Part shown: piece by piece, positions 1 through 10,838 of the stretch
Layout: the number at the start of each line of letters is the position of its first letter
Position numbering within the stretch: the first letter of the stretch is position 1
Assembly: GCA_038496445.1 (NCBI GenBank)
Contig: JALMLS010000030.1
Span: 1 to 64,000 of the forward strand
Direction of reading: 5' to 3'
Origin: Trichosphaerium sp. ATCC 40318
Lineage: Eukaryota > Protista > Tubulinea
Length of the DNA stretch: 64,000 bases
Translations under genes and position numbers: made by a program
Notes under the pieces: model-generated
Told to the model about the DNA's origin: nothing
The model's database searches: none
What the model saw: the letters and a program-made list of their open reading frames with translations, nothing else

Positions 1-2624
1 TAATGATGTTCTAGGGCCTAATACAAACTCTAAAGAATACCCAAACGAGAGTTCTTGATGTTATACCACTGGAAACGCGTACAGGATTCGACGCAGCTGT
101 TCCAAATGCAAATTGGACAGCAGCTACTGATTTTGTTGCCATTGTACGTCGGCTTGTTTTTGCTTTTTTTTCAGAGTTTCTCATTTTTTTGTTCCATGAG
201 ACTAGAATTACCCAAATGTTGATGCAGTTATGATAATACATTCTAGTGGTGGTAATTTTATTATTCAACGCATGCGTCAGATTGCTTGGACACCAAAAAT
301 CGTGATGTTAAGCGTTCTTGATCCTTCAATCGGAAATCTCGATCCAACTCTTTTCAACCTCGTTACTGGCATGATAGGGGTACATAAATGAGTTTTTGTA
401 TCCTTTGCTTATGATATCTAGCTATCTGATAATAGTTATGGCAAAGGAGAGTTTTATGAGCACGATATTGAATATTTGAGACAAGACTTTAAGAATGTGA
501 CAGGCCAAGAGTTGGGTTATTTTTCGTTGAATGGATTCATAGCTTCTTTGCTCATCGTGCAAGCGATTGAGGTACGTATTTTTTCAGAGCACAGGCCATC
601 GATAGCATTCACAAAGCAAGACTAAACTTGTTTATTTAAAAAACGTGACAAGATAGTCACTTGAAGATTGTTTTTCGTTCTTAGTTTTTTCTGATTGTCT
701 AAAACGTTTTGTTAGAGAACACAATCACTTAACCCAAAAGAAGTGTTCCAAAGATTACTTCGTCAGGAAGTTCGAACCTGCAATGGCGTTTATAGTTGGG
801 ATATAGGTAAGAGAAGATCATAGTTTTTGAAACAAAACAGCTTTTTTTTTCTTATTGTTTGCTCTACAGATCACAGTCAGCGATTACCTCCATACTTTGT
901 CCAAGTACAAAACTCAACAGTATCACCTACCAAACATGTATATGGTGTACTAGGACCTGCAGGAGCATCTAATGCTGAGATTGTTTATCCATATCTGGAA
1001 TGGGAAAAGCGTGTTGTTCACATTGACTTTGGTGAGATAAAATAGCTGTTCATTATTTAAACTTATGTTTTGTGTTAGGATCTACAGATGAAATCATAGT
1101 TGTTGTACTGACTACACTAAGTCTTATACTTTGCTTTGGATTTGCAATATTTATTGGAATAATGAGAGCCAGTAAGGTAAAGTACTATTCAGTGATATGA
1201 GCGTTCATCTGACAAATATTGTTTTGGTAGGTTGCAAAGTATTCCTCGCCATTGTTCATGTTGTTGATTGCTTTGGGCGGTGTACTACTTTGCGCAACAA
1301 ATTTGACATGGTTACCGACCCAATGGGAAACTGCAACTTGTCATATGGCAGTGTGGGTGTTCAATATCGGGTTTACATTACTCTATGGGTACAAATCATT
1401 AGCAGTTTATTGGTGTATTTAACTTTCCTGTAGTGCACTATTTGCCAAGAGTATTCGCGTTTTAATGATTATCCGTGCCTCTGAGAAACTAAAACGTGTT
1501 GTTGTCAAAGATACACACTTATTGTTAGTAATGTCGATTCTGCTTGGCGTTGACATCGTATCCTTTTGCGGCAGCTTGTTTTTTGTATTTTTTGTTTTAA
1601 TATTTAACATGTAAGTTGCCCTTAACTTTCAAGATAATACTGATACTGTATTCATTAATTGTATGCCCTACAGGGGCTATTGAATACCCAGATCCTTATG
1701 ACTTATCAAAAGCGTACAAAGGGTGCCAATACAAACGTGGAAACACAGCATTCATACTCGCAACAGCATCCTACAAAGTACGATAGATTCAACAATTTTT
1801 TTAGAAACATACTTTTAACGTTCTTGTCTTTGTCTTATATGTAGTGTCTTATGACTTGCTTAGTTTCTTCTTCTTTTATTCGGTAGTATAACGGCATGGA
1901 AAGTAAGGAAAGTTCCTTTCCGTGTACTTGATGAGAGCAGAGTTATTGCATTTGCAATATACAATGTTGTATTCTTTGGATCTATTGGTTTCATTGTTAG
2001 TTACTCTTTCAGCTCTGCAACTTCTGAAAAAGCTCGTCAAAGTCTTTTCATCATAAGGTCTATGCTTGTTCTATTTCCTACAGGTAAGCCGAATACAAAG
2101 CGCTCGTTTAAATGCACAAAAAAGCTGCGCCGGTTTCCTGGGTTTTTTGACTTTTGTTGTTGTTTAACTCTTGTATAGTGCTCACTATTGTCGCGTTATG
2201 GACTGAGAAAGCACTCCTCATGCGCCGTGTTAATAAGATTGAAAATTCAGAAACAAGCAGTGTTCATTATGGGAAGGACATTGTTCCTGATATTCAACTT
2301 ACACCAAGTAAGTGCTTCTTTTTGTCTTAAAATGAAACCACTTACTTCAAAAAACTGAATCTTAAGCACACCTTTTCACACGTGCCTGAGTAACTTGAAC
2401 AGATACATGTTCTATTTATTGGTTGATATCATAAGTGAATACTCACACATCTTTTTGAACTAGGAACTGCTCGTCACGATACATCAAGAACGTCTCATAG
2501 TCAAATTCAAAAAGGAGAAAAGAAAGATACAGATGAATTAGAAAAAGCTAAGACCAGGATACAAGAATTAGAAGGTATTGTAAATAGATTGAAGGCTCAG
2601 ATAGAGAGTGAAGATTCTTCGTAA
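1..2624 (+). CDS. Class C (family 3, GABA-B-like) GPCR, multi-exon, 5' end outside window
   Basis: Spliced exons give the end of a periplasmic-binding-like ectodomain, then 7TM motifs (VAKYSSPLFMLL, WVFNIGFTLLYG, LFAKSIRV, AWKVRKVPFRVLDESRVIAFAIYNV) and a C-terminal coiled coil ending at TAA 2622-2624. Confidence 0.85.
1558..1633 (+). other. U12-type (minor spliceosome) GT-AG intron
   Basis: 5' site GTATCCTTTT; branch point CCCTTAAC at 1619-1626 just upstream of the AAG acceptor. Removal joins GVDI to IILILYSLI in frame. Confidence 0.8.
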
Positions 2625-2970
2625 ATCACGTGACGTGCGAATAATATTGTAAAAAAAACTACACCAAAGTCAGCCGAAGTGAGCTCTCCAATGTACATTA
2701 AATGTATTGACTATAAACTTGGTCTATTTAAGTGAGTGTCCAAAACCAAATACATGACTTGCTAGCATCACAATCATAAACAGGCGATTTTCCTTATTTG
2801 TTGTTTCCAAAAAAAAATTTTAATTCGTAAGTGAGGCTATCTTATCAAACACTTCTTTTCGTCATAAAATAAAAACGTCTTCAGGATCAACGTTAAGCTC
2901 AAAGGAATCAAGCTTGGAAGCTTTTTATTTATCGGTACAATTACTTTGAGGGATAAGACTTTTAATGTTG

Positions 2971-3464
2971 TTATTGACCTATCAAATCGCGTATTGCATT
3001 GTTGAGTTGGTCGTCAGAGGCACTAACTACATATAAGAAATTGTAAACTGTGAGTAAGAACCTACCTTGTTGACAGCATACTCTTCTCTTCCAACATAAA
3101 AACACCGCTGATATACTAAGAACCAGCGCAACAATGCACATAACAAGGATGCCTATCCATGCTTTTGTTTCATCTAACAAATCGTTAGTATTCTTGGTTA
3201 AGCACATAGTAAGGTGGTATTGTAAAAATATCACGTGGTTGACTACGTACTTGATAAACTCTTTGCTGCACAACAACATTCGACTGTATGCGTAGAAGGC
3301 TTTGTAGCCGGTATGCACGAGAATCGAAGCGTATTCTCTTCGCCTCCACAAGATATGTTACATTCTGCTTCACATGCTTTACAGTCTGTACATGTGAGTG
3401 TACTATTTGCTGTAACAATGAACAACGCTAGAAGCGATAAAGAGTTAAAGTGGTGTGCAATCAT
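2971..3464 (-). CDS. Small Cys-rich single-pass membrane protein (signal peptide, Cys-rich ectodomain, TM), about 3 exons
   Basis: ORF 3243-3464 has a signal peptide and CTDCKACEAECNISC...CCC. It splices to a TM segment WIGILVMCIVALVLSISAVFLCWKRR and a short tail. Confidence 0.6.
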
Positions 3465-4760
3465 TTTTAATGATAAGATAACGTTAACGTACTGAGCATT
3501 ACCACAAAGTCAATGGTTCAGTATTTTCTCACACAATAATTCATGTAGTTACTTGACTCGTCTTACGTGGTAACAGGAGGCGCTACAGGTACGTTACCGA
3601 TGTTACTGCTTGAAATAGAGGAGATTACAAGTACTCAACATCAGGAAAGCGCTTCTCGAGCAAGAAACGTGCTTCTAACAGCTTCAGGGAACAACGAGAT
3701 AGTATATCCAACGCAAAATGTTGAAAAACTTTATGTTCAAAAAAAAATGGTGGTGGCAGGTCTTGGTTGGTTTTTGTCTGTTTGAAAGTTTTCTGTCGTG
3801 ATTGTTTTATGATGTCGAAGCTTATGAAACTGGAACGGTGAGATATTCAAGGAATTCTGTAATTTACCGGATATTTTAGTTTGAGAAATGCTAGCGTCAA
3901 ATTTTCAGTCAATGTCAAATGAGATTTTTCATGTGTCTTCCGTCTATCGAATCAAAGAGAGTGCCTTTTACATTTTGAGTTTTAATAGGACTTAACATAC
4001 TGTTTTTAAGTTCATCAAATTTGCGAATTTTTTCATCTTCTTTTCGTCAGTCAGAAAGAACAGACCCTGGGGTATAGCGTTTGGGAAAGTTTAGGAATAA
4101 ATTTCTTCACATACTTTTGCAGGAAAGCAAATATACCGTAACCATGCCACCACCAATAGAAATATCAAAAAATTCGTTTAAAAACACGACAATTTGTAAA
4201 AAAAAATTGTTGTGGGCGAACTAGATTTTTGTAAAGTTGTTCGGAGAGCGTCTACAAACATTGGGCGTTGATGATATGCATTTTGTAGCGAGAAAAGTTA
4301 TCAACTCCTCAGATTCAGTGAAGCGTAAACCACCGTCATTGTTGTCGCTACTTAGCACAAACGAAGATTGAGCGTGTGTGGTTGTAGTGAGAGGTGCCAG
4401 GAATTACTAAAGCGAACATCGAACAGTAATTTGAGACGTTCACTAGGAAACGCATAAAACTACCTTGTCGGTCTTTGTGACGCACGTACAGTACTTGTAT
4501 TGCCTTTCTTAGGAGTACGCGTAAATAATAAAAAGTCGGCGGATATTTACTTTGTAGATTACTTACTGACTGACAACCAAAACCTGCTATTTCGCGTGAT
4601 ATGATAATGGCAGATTACTACAAGGTAATAGAGCATTGCAGATGGTGAACAATGTCCAAATGAAAGTTGTGGTTATCTACTTGTTATTTGATCAAATATC
4701 TGGTTATTTGTTTGTAATAGATCGGGCTTGTAACTTGTTTACTGAATACTCAGTGGTCAT

Positions 4761-6043
4761 GTGAAAAAATACGTGAGCAACAGTGAGCCACTATTGGAGT
4801 TCGTGACGTGGCATAACTTACAATTGGTGATAACGCCCATCCTCGTCACAATGTATCTAGTGATCATACTTCTTATGGCCATTGCCTTGAATTGCATCCT
4901 TTGGAGCATATTTTTATGCGAGGACACCAAAGTATTAGGCGGAAGGAGCAAACAACAGAAAAGAAAGAAACGCATTAAAAAATCGCGAAATTTCAAGGCG
5001 AAGAAACGTACTTCAAAACCCAAACCTCATTGTACTCCTGTACAATCGGAACTAAGCGTAAATGCCATACCAGAATCAATAAGCGCTATTGTAGTTGTCA
5101 AGAAGCGAACTAGGAAAAGAGTGTACGCAGTTGATTACTGGGAGTTGCAACCAATTCTAACTTTGTTTTTATCTAGGCGAAGGAAGGCACAAAGAAGAGA
5201 TAAAGTTACTAGACGATCAAATCGCTTAACAGAAGAAGAATGGAGTGTGATTTTTGAACAAAGCGTTAAATTACCTAAACGTTTAGCAGAACTAACCAAA
5301 TTCTTGTCACGTGGGATAATTTCACATATATTTGATAACTTTGCTTCTCTTGATCCACAACTACTCGTAATATTTCCACAAGTATGTAAGCTATTTGCTA
5401 CTTCTTCAACCTTTAGTCAAACAATGGAGCCTCACAGGTAAGCCAACAATAAGTTGCTTTGACTCAAGAAATCTAAAACGAAGCCAATTTTTAAACAAAA
5501 TGATGATCTTATTCATTCTTTAGGTTGATACTCCGTTGGCTGCCTCGTGAGGTAAGAAGACTTATATATGATACTACATCTCAAGGTGATCAATTAAGAG
5601 AGCTGTGGCCTCAAGTTTGTTTTGAGTTTGCAGTATCATCGAGGTATGATATGGAGCTTAATTTTCATGGAGATTTCCTTATTAAGAACCGGTACAAAAC
5701 CATACACTGCACCTTTGTACATGGCGTACTTCATGGGCAATACAACTCATATTATAAAAGAGGAAGACCATATAGGTCTTTAAAGTATGACAATGGCGTT
5801 ATTGTTGATGGTACATACAGAGATGACATTTATGCTGGTTATAAGGAATACACTATAAAAAATGGAGTTTATCATGGTGTTTGTACTACAGTAAGCACAG
5901 AATTTCATTATGAAAAGAGAACTGTACCTTATGTATGTGGAAATAAAGAAGGTATGGCAGTGGTGGAATATAAATTTGGTTGTGGATTGGAAGAGAAGTC
6001 TTATGGTATGTACAAAAACAATAAGGAGATAGGTATACAATGA
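4761..6043 (+). CDS. TM/Lys-rich protein with F-box-like segments and MORN-variant repeats; one intron ~5439-5523; start uncertain
   Basis: A GT-AG intron joins PH-R-LILRWLPREV in frame. F-box-like motifs LPREVRRLIY...WPQVC; MORN-variant motifs VHGVLHGQYNSYY, KNGVYHGV, GNKEG. Confidence 0.6.
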
Positions 6044-6143
6044 ATGTGTTACTCCTTCGCGCTTTGTTAAGTCCTCAACAGAGCATGTCACATTTCTAGA
6101 AGATGGTCTCTGTGAACGAATACAAACACGTGATAAAAGTATA

Positions 6144-6608
6144 TTGTATGAACCACCCATAGACGAATACATGTTACCCTCTCTGAAGAATTTTCAAATC
6201 ATTAATGCTTGGAAAGGTATTTGTTTTGTTGATACAAAGAAGGATGGATACGATTTCAAGGCAACTTTTGATGTGCGAGATCACGAAGCTGTTGTTTATA
6301 AACAAACAGTCAAGGTAGACGGTGTTGATGTACTACATAGACTATGTAATATGATTGTAGTTGGCGATAAATTAGTTAAGCATGGTAGAGATGAAAAGTT
6401 TTATGTTAATGGAAACAGAAAATATCGTTGTCATTGGTTGTATGGTATTAGTCATGGACATACAACTAGATGGGAATCTGACGGTACTATCTCTTACAGA
6501 AGAGACTTTATTTTAGGATTTGAGGCTCTGTTTTTTTGTTGTCAAGCCGATTATTCGTATTGTAGAAAATCGCTAGAAGAAGAAATGGAATTAAATTACA
6601 CTTCATAG
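6144..6608 (+). CDS. MORN-variant repeat protein; may be a frameshifted continuation of the upstream gene
   Basis: KHGRDEKFYVNGNRKYRCHWLYGISHGHTTRWESDG. The frame stays open upstream to ~6033, overlapping the previous stop. Confidence 0.6.
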   Translation: MYEPPIDEYMLPSLKNFQIINAWKGICFVDTKKDGYDFKATFDVRDHEAVVYKQTVKVDGVDVLHRLCNMIVVGDKLVKHGRDEKFYVNGNRKYRCHWLYGISHGHTTRWESDGTISYRRDFILGFEALFFCCQADYSYCRKSLEEEMELNYTS

Positions 6609-6959
6609 TTAGATTAACACACGTTCTTGTTGATCTACAATACCAGACTAGTGGAGAGAATACGTTTCACACAGCTTCGATCCCTTGGATCACGTAGCCA
6701 GAGATCCTTCCCAAGCCTTATAACCATGAAGGCCCTTCTTCTCCTGGTATTGGACTACAACGTTACCAATAACTTATTTCTCCCCTACTATGTCACCCTT
6801 GTACTCCCCATCCCATTTACTACGTAGCCAAGATGAGTTGCTATGACGAGGGAGCAGAATTTGAGTTGCAACATCAAGTGAGCTCATGATATGAACGACT
6901 TTATTTAGTGGATTGTTTCTTTATTTTTTTTTAACTGTTGTACATTAATCGGAAGTATT

Positions 6960-7839
6960 TTATGCTTGGAAAAAAAGTCTAGCGGAAACATCGTTAGTGA
7001 GCCATTCAATAGACTCCTTTAACCCAGAACCTTCTACACCACTACACCCTTGTATACGCCTAATAGTATTTAAGTAACGAGATAAACGAGAAAGAGCATG
7101 AGAAGCGATTCTTTATCAAACCAACTTACCAATGACGTTTTTTGATGCTGTCGAGGTTCAAGGCCTATATCAATGAGCTCTTTGATTGTATTTATTATCT
7201 CACAAACCTTTTTAATGTCCTCTGGGCTTAAAGCGCCTTTAATATCCTGTTTGTTTGCCAGAATTAGAAGAGTTGCACCTGCTAGTTTCTAATAGTTGTT
7301 AAGACGTATATTAGGCGTATTTTGAGCGATTAAAGCGCTTTCCAAGTACCTCTTCTTGAAGAAGTGCGTGAAGCTGTTGTTTTGTTTGTTCCAGGCGCTC
7401 GATGTCTGCAGAGTCTACAACCCATACAAACCCATCCGTAGCGCCAAAGTAATTGCGCCAGTAAGCGCGTAGGGATGATTGACCGCCAACGTCCCAAATA
7501 TTCAATTTATATCTATGTAGCGCTTAATACGTGCGCTGGTAGTTGTAAAACCGGTATTGGTTTTAGAAAGTGTAATTTGACATTTCAGACAAAAAAAAAG
7601 CGCGTACTTCTTGTATGCTACAGTTTTGATGTTAAAACCAAGCGTAGGGCTTACATCATTAATATCCTCTCCATTTAATTTTTTAGCTATTGTACTCTTT
7701 CCCGCGTTATCTAAACCGCTTCATAATAATCGTCAGGGTAACCTCACATACAGAAAATAATAAACTAAGCGTACAGAAATAAGATACGCATATCCTTCTC
7801 CTTTGCTTTTAGTTTCTTTAGTATAGTAAGTAATACCAT
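6960..7839 (-). CDS. ARL2: ADP-ribosylation factor-like GTPase Arl2
   Basis: [72 protein letters not shown], ending [14 protein letters not shown]. Confidence 0.92.
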
Positions 7840-8232
7840 GTTGCTGTACTATAGGACTGTATTTATGCTATTCTGTTCATCACACTTAACAAACCACGCT
7901 TAATTCAGCCCAACTTCTTTAAGACTGTTTGCTAGCGAGTACCACCGTACTGACCTACCTCTCAATACGTAATCACGCTACTTGAGTAATTGATCACGTG
8001 ACGCAAAGGAAAACGTGGTTTAACACCATTCACGCGTTCTGTGAAGATGTCTGCAGGTATTTACGGGTTTTTTCAAAATGGACATTTTTTGACTGTATTT
8101 AACCGTGGAATCCGCCGTAACAACACCATAAGATGACCCAGGTACATCGTAGTTGTAAATAGATAGCCTACATATCTTATTGACTCTCTGTAGAGAACCA
8201 AGAGTACAAATTCATGTAATTACCTTCTACAG

Positions 8233-8982
8233 CTTCCATTAGAGCTACAACTTGATATAATAGAGCTTGATTTGGATGTTTTTTTGGTTTGGCCTCTTCT
8301 TTCAAAACACACTGCTACTACAACTCGCTATGATGATAATTTGAAGAAACACGGTAAATGGCTTCGATGTGTCCGACACAAGGAACATAAAAGGAATCTT
8401 TATCCTGGCTGGAGAGTTGTTCAAGAAGAGCGTTTGGTTCATGGCCAACGTCATGGAGAGTATAAAAAATATGAGTGTGATGGTAATGTATGGATCACGT
8501 GTCATTACGTCAATGGTAAGAAGGGAGGTGAGTACAAGGAGTTTTACTTCTCTAGTGATCAAGTGATGATACAATCGTTTTATGTAAATGGAAAGAAAGA
8601 AGGAAGACATACTGAGTTTTTTGAAACAGGAGGAATACAAGAAGTGTGTTATTATACTAATGGTAAAAAGGATGGGGAGCTAAGAAATTGGTTAGAGAAT
8701 GGCCAATTGACTAGAAAGTGCTTTTATGTCAACGGAAAGCTCCATGGAGAGTACAAAGGATGGTATGAAAATGGACAAATTCATGAGCATCGGTTTTATG
8801 TTAGTGGTGCTATTGAAGGAGAAAGTAAGTTATGGCATGTTAATGGACAACTCAAGCAACACTGCATTTATTCAAAAGGTTTAAAAGAAGGCATGGACCG
8901 TAATTGGCACTTTAATGGTAATATAGATAGACTAAACCCTCCTTCTTTTTATATTAATGGCATAAAACAAATAAACAATTAA
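8233..8982 (+). CDS. F-box-like plus MORN-variant (YwqK-like) repeat protein, one long exon; true start uncertain
   Basis: LPLELQLDIIELDLDVFLVWPLLSKH followed by about 7 repeats of Y-x-NGKxxGEYKxWxENGQ. Confidence 0.8.
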   Translation, partial: LPLELQLDIIELDLDVFLVWPLLSKHTATTTRYDDNLKKHGKWLRCVRHKEHKRNLYPGWRVVQEERLVHGQRHGEYKKYECDGNVWITCHYVNGKKGGEYKEFYFSSDQVMIQSFYVNGKKEGRHTEFFETGGIQEVCYYTNGKKDGELRNWLENGQLTRKCFYVNGKLHGEYKGWYENGQIHEHRFYVSGAIEGESKLWHVNGQLKQHCIYSKGLKEGMDRNWHFNGNIDRLNPPSFYINGIKQINN

Positions 8983-9215
8983 TTATCACGTTTTATTGCC
9001 TTACATTTATACTTGTCTTAACTTTTTAGACACAGTTTAATAGTGTATTATTCTATCCAAAGAGGCCGTATAATCAACGAACTTGGAACATAAGACTCTT
9101 ACCCATTACAGGAGATGAGAATCAATCGGGAATAGAATGGTTAGTTTTGAGGAACTTCCAAAGTGAAGAACAGTCACCCGCCCTATCGGCCTTATTTGGG
9201 CTTCTCTTTTTGGAC

Positions 9216-9281
9216 GAACCTGCGCGGGACGAATCCCATACGGACCTTAACCGTACGCCTTAACCACTCGGCCAAACATGC
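9216..9281 (-). pseudogene. 3'-truncated copy of tRNA-Leu(AAG)
   Basis: Identical to 10525-10590 up to GCAGGTTC, then diverges. It lacks the intact 3' T-stem and the acceptor strand. Confidence 0.85.
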
Positions 9282-10590
9282 CTTAACACACTAGATAGGC
9301 GTTTTGGTGCGGATTCGATACCCAAAAAGCAGCCTAAAAGTGCTACCTTGTTTTACCCCGAATTTCAAATCCCCCACTACATAGTATTTTCTTTATTAAA
9401 ATCAAGTCCAGAAACGTTGTTATTAAAAGCACACATACTGTGGTTGTGCAGGTTTGCTACATTGTAATTCTGGCGTGTCAACATTTAAATTGTCTGTTTT
9501 CACTTTGCAGATTAGGTTGGAAATTGCTTCGTCTTTCCTTCTATCAAACCCTGTAGGCAGTGATCTGCTATTTTGTGGGGAAGTCGCGACTTCAGTTTTT
9601 CAGCTTGAATCATTTGGAGCAGGAAACACTGCCTTTTTTAATGCAATACAGGTGATGAAATACCTGAAACTTGCACTTTTTCAAAGTTCAGTTTAAAACG
9701 TCTACTTATTTGTTTCAAAACAAACAGTATGAAAGCACAAAGAATGTACGAGAACTTCAGAAAAGTGTTGGTTTTCTTGGATAGTTACCTGGTTACTATG
9801 AATGTTGTACATAATTGAGTAGCTGTTTTCGAGAGGCATAACGTGACACAATTCAATGGAATTATTGATCCAATTTGTCGAATTGGTCGACGGCTACGCC
9901 AGAACAGGATGAGTAGTTGCTTCAAACTTAGGTTTTTAAAGTCCGCTCATTTAGCTTACAAAATAATTAAGCATATTCACGTTGTGATGAGGTTATCGCA
10001 TTAATAGTGGTCATGATCATGTAAGAGGTATAAGCATACTAGGGACCGAGTGGTAGTGGACGTATCTTGTTTATTGTGTGTCCGCTAACGTTGACGGACT
10101 TTGAAAAGGTTAAATAATAGTAATCACGTGTTGTCTTACAATCATGAGCGATCAGTCATTAACTTCCTTTTAAAATAGCAATAAAATCAGAATTCTCTGT
10201 ATCTTGTAAAGTTCTAACACTGCCAATAAATTATAGGCTATGTCCTTTACAAATAATTGTAGTAAATAGTTAAATCTGTTTAATACATGAACATGTTAAG
10301 ATGCTACAATAAGCGTTTCAGGAAAGAGGTGAGAAAAATAGGCTTCTAGGACTTTCAAAAAGGATTAATGATATTTTAGGAAGCACAGAAGCTCAGATAA
10401 CTACATATATGACAATAACAATGTACTATAAATTGATTTGAAATTCGGGGTAAAACAAGGTAGCACTTTTAGGCTGCTTTTTGGGTATCGAATCCGCACC
10501 AAAACGCCTATCTAGTGTGTTAAGGCATGTTTGGCCGAGTGGTTAAGGCGTACGGTTAAGGTCCGTATGGGATTCGTCCCGCGCAGGTTC
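9216..10590. repeat. 156-bp inverted repeat (arms 9216-9371 and 10435-10590, spacer ~1.06 kb)
   Basis: The arms are reverse complements on direct comparison and cover 90 bp of tRNA upstream flank plus 66 nt of tRNA. Confidence 0.92.
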
Positions 10591-10607
10591 AAGTCCTGCA
10601 GCATGCA
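10525..10607 (+). tRNA. tRNA-Leu (anticodon AAG)
   Basis: Acceptor GCATGTT/AGCATGC-A; D-arm GCCGAGTGGTTAAGGC; anticodon arm TACGG-TTAAGGT-CCGTA; long variable arm; T-arm GCAGG-TTCAAGT-CCTGC; T5 Pol III terminator just downstream. Confidence 0.95.
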
Positions 10608-10838
10608 TCCGTTTTTGCTTCTATGCACTTGCCATACTTTTTGAAAGTGTTTTTAGCCGATTCCAAAGACTTATTTTTTTTTCCCTACGCTTTACGCGTT
10701 TTTTACAAATTATTCACTGAATTATTTCTTGGTACTTGTAAACGCACTTGTACGCTTTTGCATGTGGCTGTTTATTTTATAATGTTAACAACGTGCGTGA
10801 GCTTTGTGCCCAGACTATTTTTTTTCTTTTTTACAGGT

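Noticed and set aside
398-406. GTATCCTTT, a U12-like donor
   Set aside because: It lies inside an ordinary intron starting at GTACAT (~380), with no U12 branch point.
3540-4520. Protein-like fragments, possibly a pseudogene
   Set aside because: Many stops and no recognisable motif; no call can be supported.
9130-9200. GGAACTTC resembling RNase P/MRP CR-I
   Set aside because: No convincing CR-V, and the spacing is far too short.
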